Part shown: one piece after another, positions 54,102 to 63,649 of the stretch
Numbering within the stretch: the stretch's first letter is position 1
Layout: each line of letters begins with the position of its first letter
Source: Eubacteriales bacterium
Lineage (GTDB): Bacteria; Bacillota; Clostridia; Oscillospirales; CAG-272
Length of the DNA stretch: 64,000 bases
Assembly (NCBI GenBank): GCA_045544195.1
Contig: JAZPYO010000040.1
Location: 15,247-79,246 of the forward strand
Direction of reading: 5' to 3'
The notes under the pieces: generated by a model
What the model saw: only the letters and a program-made list of their open reading frames with translations
Database searches by the model: none
Told to the model about the DNA's origin: nothing
Made by a program: the position numbers and the translations under genes

Positions 54102-55781
54102 ATGCTGTCAGCACAAGAGATCATGCAATTGGTACAAAGTCTTATATGGCTCCTTGCGGGAGTGGGCGTTTTTATCGTCGGTATGAATTTTATGGGCGAT
54201 GCGTTAGAAAAAAGCGCAAGCGTCGGTATGAAAAGACTGCTTGAAAAAATAAGCAACAACCGATTTTCATCAGTCGGTATAGGCGCTGCCGTGACGGCAA
54301 TAATTCAAAGCTCGTCCGCAACATCAGTTATGGCGGTCGGCTTGGTAAACGCAGGCGTTATGACGCTTATGCAGGCAACACCCATCATTATGGGCGCAAA
54401 CATAGGAACGACCGTTACAGGCGTCCTTGTAGCATTAAAAAACGATTATTTCAACATGGCAATGTATCTTCTTGCATTCGCCGGTGTAATGATGGGATTT
54501 TTCAACAAGGAAAAGGTGAAGCTTGCAGGCAGTCTTTGCTGCGGATTAGGCTTTATTTTCGTAGGTCTCAGCATCATGAGCAGCGAGCAGGCATTCAGCA
54601 ACCCACTTGTTGAACGAATGTTTACTGACATTTTCAAAACGATAGATTTTCCCTTGCTTCTTATTCTCGTCGGCATCGCCTTCACCGCCCTTATACAAAG
54701 CTCCTCTGCTTCAACGGGCGTTGTTATCACAATGGTCGGCGCGGGAGTGCTTCCGCTTGACCTTGCGCTGTTCATAGTGCTCGGAGCAAATATAGGCACT
54801 TGTGTTACCGCATTGCTTGCATCTGTCGGCGCAAACGCCAATTCAAAGCGTGTGGCGTTGATACACTTCACGTTCAATGTCATAGGAACGGTCATTTTTA
54901 CGGCTATAATCTGGATATTTAAAGAGCCTACGGTTTCGCTTCTTGTATCGCTTTTCCCATCGGATGATCCTATGTCCCTTCAGATGCGGGTATCTGTTTT
55001 CCATGTTATTTTCAACGTCACAACAACGTGTATCCTGCTTCCGTTTGTGAAACAGCTCGTCAAATATTCCTGTCTTGTCATCAAGGATAAAAACGAACAA
55101 AACGAAGCTCTCACGCTTAAATATGTCGATGACAGACTGCTCACTATGTCCCCTGTCGCTCTGATGCAGGTCAAAAAGGAAATGGAACATCTGATCTGTC
55201 TTGTTGAGGAGAATATGCAGCTTTCATTCGTTGCCATTGAAACGGGCTCCTCTGAGCACAGCGAAACGATCAGAAAAAACGAGGAAGTGATCAACTTCAC
55301 AAACAGCGCCTTAACAAAATTTCTGATAAAGCTGTCTGTTGACGTAGAGGAAAGCACGGAGGAAACGATAGGTGCGTATTTTCACGTTCTGAACGACCTT
55401 GAGCGTATAGGAGACCACGCAAAGAATTTCCACGAGATCGGAACGGAGATGTCGGACAAAAAAATAATGTTCTCCGAAAAAGCACGCGCGGAGATCGCAT
55501 CCATGTATGACGAAGTTATGCGCATGCTCGCACTTTCAAAGGACGCATTTGAAAATAACAACAAAGAAAATCTGTCCGAATTGGCAGAGCTTGAGAACGA
55601 CATCGACAACATAAACAAGGAGCTTATAGCCTCTCATTTTTCACGTCTTGTCGAAGGCAACTGCAGCGTTGATGTCAGCCCGTATTTTTCGTCCGTGGTA
55701 TCGGGTCTTGAGCGTGTTGCAGACCATATTGTAAACATAGGCTTCAGTATTACGGACCCAACAGGCGCAGAAAACGCATAG
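54102..55781 (+). CDS. Na/Pi cotransporter (NptA/PNaS family) with PhoU-like C-terminus
   Basis: QSSSA twice, GANIGT twice, DLERIGDHA and LERVADH. Confidence 0.93.
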   Translation: MLSAQEIMQLVQSLIWLLAGVGVFIVGMNFMGDALEKSASVGMKRLLEKISNNRFSSVGIGAAVTAIIQSSSATSVMAVGLVNAGVMTLMQATPIIMGANIGTTVTGVLVALKNDYFNMAMYLLAFAGVMMGFFNKEKVKLAGSLCCGLGFIFVGLSIMSSEQAFSNPLVERMFTDIFKTIDFPLLLILVGIAFTALIQSSSASTGVVITMVGAGVLPLDLALFIVLGANIGTCVTALLASVGANANSKRVALIHFTFNVIGTVIFTAIIWIFKEPTVSLLVSLFPSDDPMSLQMRVSVFHVIFNVTTTCILLPFVKQLVKYSCLVIKDKNEQNEALTLKYVDDRLLTMSPVALMQVKKEMEHLICLVEENMQLSFVAIETGSSEHSETIRKNEEVINFTNSALTKFLIKLSVDVEESTEETIGAYFHVLNDLERIGDHAKNFHEIGTEMSDKKIMFSEKARAEIASMYDEVMRMLALSKDAFENNNKENLSELAELENDIDNINKELIASHFSRLVEGNCSVDVSPYFSSVVSGLERVADHIVNIGFSITDPTGAENA

Positions 55782-55830
55782 CATACTTTATTTATATCAA
55801 ACAGCGAAAGGAATCAAACAGGTATAACAA

Positions 55831-57102
55831 ATGATATATGCAGCCTTGGCATTATTTGCAGTAACATACGCGCTGATACTGATATTCGGTAAATACAGAC
55901 CGTATATCGCTCTGGCTTCGGGACTGATTTTCATCATCACGGGAATGCTTCCGTTGAACAGCGTTCTTTACACTATCGACTTTAACGTAATTCTGATGAT
56001 CGCAGGAACGATGGGCATCGTTTCGCTATTCATTGAAAGCAAAATGCCCGCATTGCTTGCAGATCTTATAATGGAAAAGGTGCCGAATGTACAGTGGGCA
56101 GCAGTTTCAATGGCATTATTTGCAGGAATAATATCTGCCTTTGTAGATAACGTGGCAACGGTGCTGATGGTAGCTCCCGTGGCGCTTGAAATATGCAAAA
56201 AGCTAAAAACAGATCCCGTTCCGTTTATAATTGCGATCGCAGTATCCTCAAATTTGCAGGGAGCGGCAACGCTCGTCGGCGACACGACCGCAATCATGCT
56301 CGGCTCGGCTCTCGATCTTTGCTTTACGGACTTCTTCATATACAAAGGTAAGCCGGGAATGTTTTTTGCCGTAGAGCTTGGCGCAATACTTTCCGCAATT
56401 ATTCTGATGTTCCTGTTCCGCAAGGAAAAAGCGCTCATTCCCAAGGAAAAAGCGCGCACAAAAGTAACAGACTATATGCCCACGGTATTACTTGTCGGCA
56501 CTATCGTTTTGCTGATCACAGCATCGTTCATTCCCAATAAGCCCGATATCACAAACGGCATTATTTGCTGCGCATTGCTTCTGATAGGCATCATATATAA
56601 CTTTATAAGAAAGAAAACGGTATCCTCTCTCATTACTCCTCTGAAAGAGATCGATTTTCAAACGATCGGCCTTTTGCTCGGTCTGTTCATTATGATCGGC
56701 GGTATCTCAGAGCAGGGCGTAATAGACGCCGCGGCAAATCTTCTTGCTAAAATGGGCGGCGGCGACGTATTCGTGCTTTACACCGTGATCGTTTGGGCAT
56801 CCGTTCTGATCTCCGCATTCATAGACAACATTCCGTACGTTGCAACGATGATACCCGTAATCGCAGGGCTTGCGGGTGCATTGAACGTAGACCCCACTGT
56901 TCTTTATTTCGGATTGCTTTCAGGTGCTACGCTCGGCGGAAACTGCACGCCGATAGGCGCATCGGCAAATATCACGGGAATAGGCATACTTCGCAAGGAG
57001 GGCTTCACCGTCAAAAATTCCGACTTTTTCAAGATCGGTATTCCGTTCACATTTGCGGCGATAGTTCCCGCTTACATCTATCTGTGGTTTATGTTCAGAT
57101 AA
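55831..57102 (+). CDS. ArsB/NhaD/SLC13-type anion permease
   Basis: SAFVDNV, SNLQGAATLVGD, SAFIDNIP, LGGNCTPIGASAN. Confidence 0.88.
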   Translation: MIYAALALFAVTYALILIFGKYRPYIALASGLIFIITGMLPLNSVLYTIDFNVILMIAGTMGIVSLFIESKMPALLADLIMEKVPNVQWAAVSMALFAGIISAFVDNVATVLMVAPVALEICKKLKTDPVPFIIAIAVSSNLQGAATLVGDTTAIMLGSALDLCFTDFFIYKGKPGMFFAVELGAILSAIILMFLFRKEKALIPKEKARTKVTDYMPTVLLVGTIVLLITASFIPNKPDITNGIICCALLLIGIIYNFIRKKTVSSLITPLKEIDFQTIGLLLGLFIMIGGISEQGVIDAAANLLAKMGGGDVFVLYTVIVWASVLISAFIDNIPYVATMIPVIAGLAGALNVDPTVLYFGLLSGATLGGNCTPIGASANITGIGILRKEGFTVKNSDFFKIGIPFTFAAIVPAYIYLWFMFR

Positions 57103-57112
57103 TAAAATACAT

Positions 57113-57160
57113 AAAACAGGCTTCGGTGCTGACAGATCATGCACCGAAGCCCGTTTTTTC
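57113..57160. terminator. Bidirectional terminator
   Basis: GGCTTCGGTGC...GCACCGAAGCC flanked by A and T runs. Confidence 0.8.
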
Positions 57161-58903
57161 TTATTTGAATTTGATATCTGCAAATATCGGCTGATGGTCG
57201 GTAAGATTTTCGGATCGGTTTTCCGTGGGTGCGTGTAAAAGCACGTCAAACGTTCCCGCCTTGCCGATTATATGGTCAATAAGCTGTCCCTGATGCTTGA
57301 AGCTCGCTTTGAATACGCCGTTGGCAATAGCAATATCACTTGCTATCTGTCCTTGTATATCGTCAACGAGCTGGTTGAGGTACTGTCTTTTAAATCTGTG
57401 GCTGTTGAAGTCGCCCGTGCAGAATACGTGCACGCCTGGATATGTGGCTTCGAGATATTTAAACTCATTTGCCATACAGGTAGCATCGTAATATTGCTTG
57501 GGTATTTCGGAGACTCCTTCCTTTTCCCAATGCCAATGTGCTGAAAGTATCGCTATCTGAAGATCGGGATCGTTTACAGACGTAAACTTTGCGCTGGAAA
57601 CACCGGTTGAATACTCGTCATTATAAGGCTCTGTGTGATACTGAACGGGAGAAAACTTCTGATAATCGAGCCTGAATTTATCAGAACGGTATATTATCGG
57701 GCTTGTATTCAGCACGCCGTTATGTCTTTCAAGCACCATAGAATATTCAATTCCGTACGTTTCCTTTATGATCTGAAGGTATCTTTGCAGCGGTGCGTGA
57801 TAGTTTTTGTCCATTTCCTGAATACCGACTATGTCGGGAGTATAGTCGACGAGTATTTTCGCAAGTATTTCAGCTCGCTGTACGGAGGCAGGAAATCTGT
57901 CAGGCTGCTTTATCGCACCTTCGCTAAGGACGTTTGCGGACATTATGCGAATATCCGCCCCTCTCGTAAGCGGAATGCTCTCTTTGGCAAGATCGCTTTC
58001 CAGATGCTCACCCGTTGAAAGATCCTTGCCGTCTTCAATAACGGTATTTATCAGTTTATTTACCGCCATCTTTGCAGAATAAGGACCGCCGCAAACTATT
58101 TGAAGCTGACCTTTGTCGACCACCATCTTATACGCCATAAGACTTGCTCCGTCCTTAAAAGATAACGAAGAAAGATCTCTGTTCGTTCTGCCTATGAGTA
58201 TTTCGCGTGCCGATTCGGAAGAATCTGTGTCCTTGAATACGGAAACGTCAACACCCTTTAAGGTCTTTATGCGGTCCTTAAGCGTCTGTGCGATCTGCTC
58301 ATAACCGTCCTCAGACGCACTGTAAACGATAGAATATTTTGCAATATCCGATGAAACGAAGGAAGCGGGGACAGCGTCGGAGCCGTCGAAGCACCATTCC
58401 TCAAAAACGAGTGTTTTCGTATTTGCATCGTAGTTCTTTATCATAAGCGTATCAATGAAATAAGACAAGGCGGCGGCAAGTGCACTGTCGTAATGACCTG
58501 CAAAAACGATGTGTTCCCCTGCCCTTTCGATAGTATAAGCATCCGTGTTTGACGGAAGAGAAGCAAGTGCGTTTGAAGATTCCTCAAAGCAGGTGTTGCC
58601 GACGAGAATATATTTACCGTTATCCTTATCTGCCTGAGAATCCTTTATACAGCCGATGCTTATGCCCGTATACTCGTAAACCGCTGACAAAAAGCTTTCA
58701 ATACAGGCATACAATGATGCAGAGCAGTTTTCGCTGCAGACCACAGAATACGCGGCGTTTCCGTCTGATATAACCTCAAGAGGCACAGCGTCAGTAGATA
58801 CAAGCGTATCCGGATCGGATCTGCTTTCTTCCGCACTGCCCGTGCATGATACACAGTTGAAAACGAACATAAGAACGAAAATAAACGAAAATATTTTTTT
58901 CAT
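57161..58903 (-). CDS. Lipoprotein with two GH20-domain-2-like repeats and a C-terminal EEP domain
   Basis: Lipobox CVSC; two YS(V/I)V...IL(V/I)G.T...AY.(I/M) units; EEP motifs MSANV, DIVGIQE, TGDFN, IDHI, TDHQP. Confidence 0.82.
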   Translation of the reverse strand: MKKIFSFIFVLMFVFNCVSCTGSAEESRSDPDTLVSTDAVPLEVISDGNAAYSVVCSENCSASLYACIESFLSAVYEYTGISIGCIKDSQADKDNGKYILVGNTCFEESSNALASLPSNTDAYTIERAGEHIVFAGHYDSALAAALSYFIDTLMIKNYDANTKTLVFEEWCFDGSDAVPASFVSSDIAKYSIVYSASEDGYEQIAQTLKDRIKTLKGVDVSVFKDTDSSESAREILIGRTNRDLSSLSFKDGASLMAYKMVVDKGQLQIVCGGPYSAKMAVNKLINTVIEDGKDLSTGEHLESDLAKESIPLTRGADIRIMSANVLSEGAIKQPDRFPASVQRAEILAKILVDYTPDIVGIQEMDKNYHAPLQRYLQIIKETYGIEYSMVLERHNGVLNTSPIIYRSDKFRLDYQKFSPVQYHTEPYNDEYSTGVSSAKFTSVNDPDLQIAILSAHWHWEKEGVSEIPKQYYDATCMANEFKYLEATYPGVHVFCTGDFNSHRFKRQYLNQLVDDIQGQIASDIAIANGVFKASFKHQGQLIDHIIGKAGTFDVLLHAPTENRSENLTDHQPIFADIKFK

Positions 58904-59177
58904 ATCTGACCTTCCTTCGCACTTTTTTGACGATACCGTTACTTGTACAGATCATCCTATAAACGAATTATACCACCGTTCGAACGGTTTTTCAAGATAA
59001 AATTTATAAGTTATCAAGTTTTACATTTTTGCGTTGCTATGCCATTTATCAACACGGATAACTTAAGTGCTGAATCAAGTATAGGATTTTCCGTCCTTTT
59101 ATTGTATTTTGCTGATAAAAGCTTCCTCTGAACCTGTAAATAAAATGCAAAAAATGCGTGTTTTTCACTTTTTCAAA

Positions 59178-59206
59178 TTGACAATCAAATTTATAGGGTA
59201 TATAAT
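59178..59206 (+). promoter_or_regulatory. Consensus sigma-A promoter
   Basis: TTGACA-17-TATAAT upstream of the AGGAGG RBS. Confidence 0.85.
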
Positions 59207-59244
59207 AAAGGTAGTTGAATGTTATTTTATTTTTAGGAGGAAGT

Positions 59245-62200
59245 ATGAAAAAAATCACCAAACTGACCTCTTTGTGTTTAGCTCTTCTCATGGTGGCGGC
59301 GGTGTTTCCGTTGCAGGCTATAGCGGCAGTATCAATTCCCGCAAGCTTAAAATCCGTTGTATTTGATGCAACGTATTACGCAAACAAATACGCCGACCTT
59401 AAAGCAGCGTTTGGCACGAACGCAACAAGTCTTTATAATCACTTTGTCAACAACGGCATAAGAGAAGGCCGTCAGGCGAGCCCCATGTTCAGCGTTGACT
59501 ACTATCTGACGAAAAACGGCGACCTTAAGGCAGCATTCGGATCAAACCGCGAAAGCGCCATGAACCACTTTTTGTCACACGGCATTAACGAAGCCCGCGT
59601 TACAGCTCCCCCCGTTGATCTCGGTACAAATATCGACGTAAGAATTTCAATGAATTCAGGCGGTATGAACCTTGGTTATACAGACACTAACGTGTGGACA
59701 GTTACACCCGTTCTTGAAGCTAACCAATACTGGACGCTTGAAAGACAGACAGACGGCAGCTACAAAATAACAAACAAGGCAACGGGCAAAGTGCTCGACG
59801 TTTACGCCGGATCCCGTTCATCAGGTGCAAACGTTAACCTTTACGCAAGTAACAACACAAACGCACAGCGTTGGTTCATCTATCAAAACACAAACGGCAC
59901 ATACACTCTGCGCTCAAAATGCGGTACAACATGTGCTCTTACGGTAAACGGCAATTCGAATGCAGCAGGCGTTAACGTTCAAATGAACACGTTCAACGGC
60001 GCAGCAGGTCAGCAATTCAAAATATCTAAGGCAGGTGAACTTGAAAAAATGACTCCTGTAAATCTGGGAAGCAATTTCTGGGCTAACATCACCGGTATCG
60101 GATCAAATTACAATCTTTCAGTTTCCGGTGAAACAGCTCTTATCCGTTATCCCAACAAGGGCGACGGTCAGGCTTGGAGATTTATCCGTTTCTCTGACGG
60201 CAGCTACGAAATATCAAACCTCAAGACAGGCAGATCTCTCGACTGTGCAGCAGGTAAGGGTACAAACGGAACGGTCGTACAGACGTATCTTTCCAACAAC
60301 ACCAACGCACAAAGATGGTACATTTACAGCGTTGACGGCAACTACGTTTTCGCACCCAAATGTACACTCAACTGTGTTCTCGCAGTTAAGGACGGCGGAA
60401 CGACGAGCGGTACTACGATGCAGCTTGCCACTTACTCCGCATCCTCTACCGCACAGCAGTTCAAGATCACTAAGTTCAGTAAAGAAAATTCCGAAAAGAA
60501 TCTTACAATAAGCGAAATATGCGCAACACCCACAAACGGCGCGTATGAGTTTATGGAAATATTGAATACTTCCGACACAGCAATAAATCTCAACAAATAT
60601 TCACTTTACAGATTTGCAGCATCCAACAGCGGTAAATACGAGTTTTCAGCTTACAGAATGGTTCTCGGTCTTTCTTCCCCCACAGGCTCCGACACGTCGC
60701 TTTCATATCTTGACAGACTGAATCTTTCAAAATACAATGCTGAAATAGCCCCCGGTCAAATGGCTGTACTTTGGTTCGTAAGCTATGAAAACAGAAACCT
60801 CACGGTTGATGATTTCAAGGCGTATTGGACGTCACAGGGCAACGATATGACAAACGTTACCGTCGTACCCGTAGCTATCCACAACGGAAGCGCTGATACA
60901 TACGCGGCAACGAAAATAAACACGGGTGCAGGAAAAGGCTTCCTTCCCGATTGCAAGGTTGCATCCGCATTTTCCCTTATCAAGAACTCTACCGTTAACA
61001 ACACAAGACTTGATAACGGAACAGAGCTTAAAAATCTGAAGGCTTCAGTCGATGCTCCCCTTGCATACACATCCGTTGCAGAGCTTCAGAAGAGAGCTGA
61101 CAGTATCGCTCTTCATTTCGTTTCAACATCCGCTGAAACAGGCTCATCACGCAACTTCTACAATTTTGTTGATGAAGCAAATCTCATCGACAAGGCAAGA
61201 CCCAAGGTTCAAAAATACTTCCTTGATTACGAATACACGTACATCGCACCGACTTACTCCGCGCAGGTAATGGGCAAGAACGACAGCAACGGTCTTCCCT
61301 CAACAGTCGGCGAGTATATCAACTATTCATCAAATGTTATAAACTCCATAACTCTCGGTGTTGACTGCGGAACAAAGAATTCAGCACCCACACCCGGAAC
61401 AAGAGCATGCGGTCAGTTCCACGAGCTTGACCTCACAGACACTACCGTTGATGCATCGGGTGACGTAACATTCACCGGCACGTTCAAGCATGATGAATAC
61501 AGCTCAGCAGGCTTCGTTATCACAACCGTACATACGGAAAACGGAACGGTCGTTGCTAAGAAAACGGTATCTGCGAGCACGTTTACAAAGACAGATGACG
61601 GTTATGCTTATTCCGTCAAGGTAAGCGGTCTTCCCGTTAATGACGGAACAGTCGTTCTCAACGTAGTTCCTTACGCAATATCCGCAGCTACGGGCGAACG
61701 TGTAAACGGCATTCGCGAGCAGATCAAATGTCCTATCGTATCCGCTACGTTGAACGGCGTTGACATTGAAGACGTAAAGATAACGTATCTTGCATTTGAA
61801 AAGGATGCAGCTATAAAAGATATTGCGGGAATCACGCAGGCAGTAAAGCTTCTGGCAAACGATATAGAATACTATACGGGATCTCAGATGCAGATAGCTG
61901 AATATAATCCCAGAGCTGACTATCCTCAGATCGTTATTGCAAGCTCCGGCTCAGGTGCAGGCGGAAACTCACTCGTTCCCAGCAATAAAACGGTCGGCGA
62001 AGGTCAGTACGGACTGTTCTATAAGAACGGTGACATATTTGCCATCGGCGGAAGCGCAATAGCAGCCGAGTACGCATCACAGCTCATCGTAAAGGCTCTT
62101 GCAAGTGCTTCAGGCGCAGTAGAGCTCAAGAATCTGTGCTCTGACAGCGTTAAGACCTTCAACGCAAAGACGAACACTCTTGCATTGACAGACGGTGCGG

Positions 62201-62970
62201 ATTACAGATTTGTAACACACAACGTTGAAAGATTTGAATTGAACACAGACACGTCAAGAATAAATAATTTCGTTGAAACCATACGTTATTATTCCGCAGA
62301 CGTTATCGGATTCCAGGAATACTGTGCTACATTCACATCGTTGCTTACACCTAAGCTCAAAAACGAAGGATACACGGTTATTGGTAACGATGTTTCCGGC
62401 GGCAAGCAGAACTACACGCCTTTAGCGTACAAGACATCAAGATTCACTTGTGTGGAAAAGGGCTGGTTCGTGCTTTCTGGTGAAACAAACTACCCCGGAC
62501 ACAATGTAACGTGGGCAGTTCTTAAGGATAAAGTAACAGGTGAAAAGGTTGCCGTAAGTACAACTCACTTCTATCACAAGTCAGACAGAAGCATCGCAAA
62601 CCCCGTGCGTACTATAAACGCTCAGGAGATCGTTGATTTCACCAACAGGATCATTAAAAAGCACGGCTGTGAGGTCGTCAACATGGGTGACTATAATACA
62701 TACTCGTTTGACGATGCTTATTCCGTATTCATCAATTCCGGCGTAGTTACGGATTGCCGTTACGATGCAATAAGAGGCTACTCACCTGAGCGTACGTCAC
62801 ATTACAACGGAAACTCTTCTCCCCGTGCAGGCTCAGAAGCGCTCGGCATAGACACGTTTATGCAGACAAGCGGTGTTACTGTACTCCGTCACAGAATGCC
62901 TACAAACAAAACGACATCGGAAGCAGCAGACCACTTCCCTGTATGCATTGACTTTTCACTTTCCAAATAA
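59245..62970 (+). CDS. Large secreted protein: signal peptide, 2 'YY..KY.DLKAAFG...HF...G..E.R' repeats, 2 ricin domains, LTD-like, Ig-like, GH20-domain-2-like and EEP domains
   Basis: Signal peptide MKKITK...QAIA; QxW ricin motifs; ISEICA...YEFMEI.N LTD-like motif; EEP motifs THN, DVIGFQE, TTH, MGDYN, ID, ADHFPV. Confidence 0.85.
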   Translation: MKKITKLTSLCLALLMVAAVFPLQAIAAVSIPASLKSVVFDATYYANKYADLKAAFGTNATSLYNHFVNNGIREGRQASPMFSVDYYLTKNGDLKAAFGSNRESAMNHFLSHGINEARVTAPPVDLGTNIDVRISMNSGGMNLGYTDTNVWTVTPVLEANQYWTLERQTDGSYKITNKATGKVLDVYAGSRSSGANVNLYASNNTNAQRWFIYQNTNGTYTLRSKCGTTCALTVNGNSNAAGVNVQMNTFNGAAGQQFKISKAGELEKMTPVNLGSNFWANITGIGSNYNLSVSGETALIRYPNKGDGQAWRFIRFSDGSYEISNLKTGRSLDCAAGKGTNGTVVQTYLSNNTNAQRWYIYSVDGNYVFAPKCTLNCVLAVKDGGTTSGTTMQLATYSASSTAQQFKITKFSKENSEKNLTISEICATPTNGAYEFMEILNTSDTAINLNKYSLYRFAASNSGKYEFSAYRMVLGLSSPTGSDTSLSYLDRLNLSKYNAEIAPGQMAVLWFVSYENRNLTVDDFKAYWTSQGNDMTNVTVVPVAIHNGSADTYAATKINTGAGKGFLPDCKVASAFSLIKNSTVNNTRLDNGTELKNLKASVDAPLAYTSVAELQKRADSIALHFVSTSAETGSSRNFYNFVDEANLIDKARPKVQKYFLDYEYTYIAPTYSAQVMGKNDSNGLPSTVGEYINYSSNVINSITLGVDCGTKNSAPTPGTRACGQFHELDLTDTTVDASGDVTFTGTFKHDEYSSAGFVITTVHTENGTVVAKKTVSASTFTKTDDGYAYSVKVSGLPVNDGTVVLNVVPYAISAATGERVNGIREQIKCPIVSATLNGVDIEDVKITYLAFEKDAAIKDIAGITQAVKLLANDIEYYTGSQMQIAEYNPRADYPQIVIASSGSGAGGNSLVPSNKTVGEGQYGLFYKNGDIFAIGGSAIAAEYASQLIVKALASASGAVELKNLCSDSVKTFNAKTNTLALTDGADYRFVTHNVERFELNTDTSRINNFVETIRYYSADVIGFQEYCATFTSLLTPKLKNEGYTVIGNDVSGGKQNYTPLAYKTSRFTCVEKGWFVLSGETNYPGHNVTWAVLKDKVTGEKVAVSTTHFYHKSDRSIANPVRTINAQEIVDFTNRIIKKHGCEVVNMGDYNTYSFDDAYSVFINSGVVTDCRYDAIRGYSPERTSHYNGNSSPRAGSEALGIDTFMQTSGVTVLRHRMPTNKTTSEAADHFPVCIDFSLSK

Positions 62971-62997
62971 CCGTTTTAAAAAATAACAAATAATAAT

Positions 62998-63038
62998 GAG
63001 ACCGGCTTTGAGCGAAAAACTCAAGTCGGTCTTGTTTC
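62998..63038 (+). terminator. Intrinsic terminator
   Basis: GAGACCGGCTTTGAG-CGAAAAA-CTCAAGTCGGTCTT followed by a T-rich tail. Confidence 0.75.
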
Positions 63039-63177
63039 GTCGCTGATAAGCAGATATTTAATACGCGTAATGTTTTGCGCTCGTCGTTTTCTTTTTTGAT
63101 GCTTTATCCGATACAAGAAAAATGTTATTTTTGACGTGTGTAAAAAACAGTATTAAAAAAATGAAAACTTTCACATT

Positions 63178-63213
63178 AAAATCATTGCAGGCGCAATGAT
63201 TTTGTGTTATACT
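63178..63213 (+). promoter_or_regulatory. Promoter overlapped by a perfect 11-bp inverted repeat
   Basis: AAAATCATTGC-AGGC-GCAATGATTTT covers the -35 TTGCAG; -10 TG-N-TATACT at 17-bp spacing. Confidence 0.6.
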
Positions 63214-63384
63214 GAAACGATGACTCTCGACCGGTTGCAGACCGATCGTCGATATTCAAGCACTCATACGGAATTTACACAGATCCGCTTAAGCGTAAAC
63301 CGTAACAAGTAAAGCTCATTTAGAGGAGTTTATATGATAAGCGATAAAAAAACATGATTTCGTTTTTTCAACAAAGGGCGCTGG

Positions 63385-63585
63385 CTTATCGACGGCATCT
63401 ACTGTATGGGATTATGTGGTATTGGACTTTCTCTTGTCACGGAGAGTCGTCCGTCCAAAGTCAGCCTTATATACGATTTCTGTTCGTTAGCCCGTAACTT
63501 TGCCTATCGGGAACTTTTCATATCTCGATCCAGCTTCCTTCAGATTCCACCTTGCGGTGGACACCGCTGTTTCTGACATAATACA
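63385..63585 (-). mobile_element. Decayed group II (class C / IIC-like) intron domain-I fragment, no RT ORF
   Basis: Minus strand GGTGTCCACCGCAAGGTGGAATCTGAAGGAAGCTGG...GGCAAA...AACGAACAGAAATCGTATATAAGGCTG...AAAGTCCAATAC resembles the conserved IIC 5' region, as recalled from knowledge of the family. Confidence 0.75.
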
Positions 63586-63649
63586 CAAAATAATAATTCG
63601 CTTACATTTCGATCAATTTGAAACAAACACAGTGTAAAGGTGAACAATC

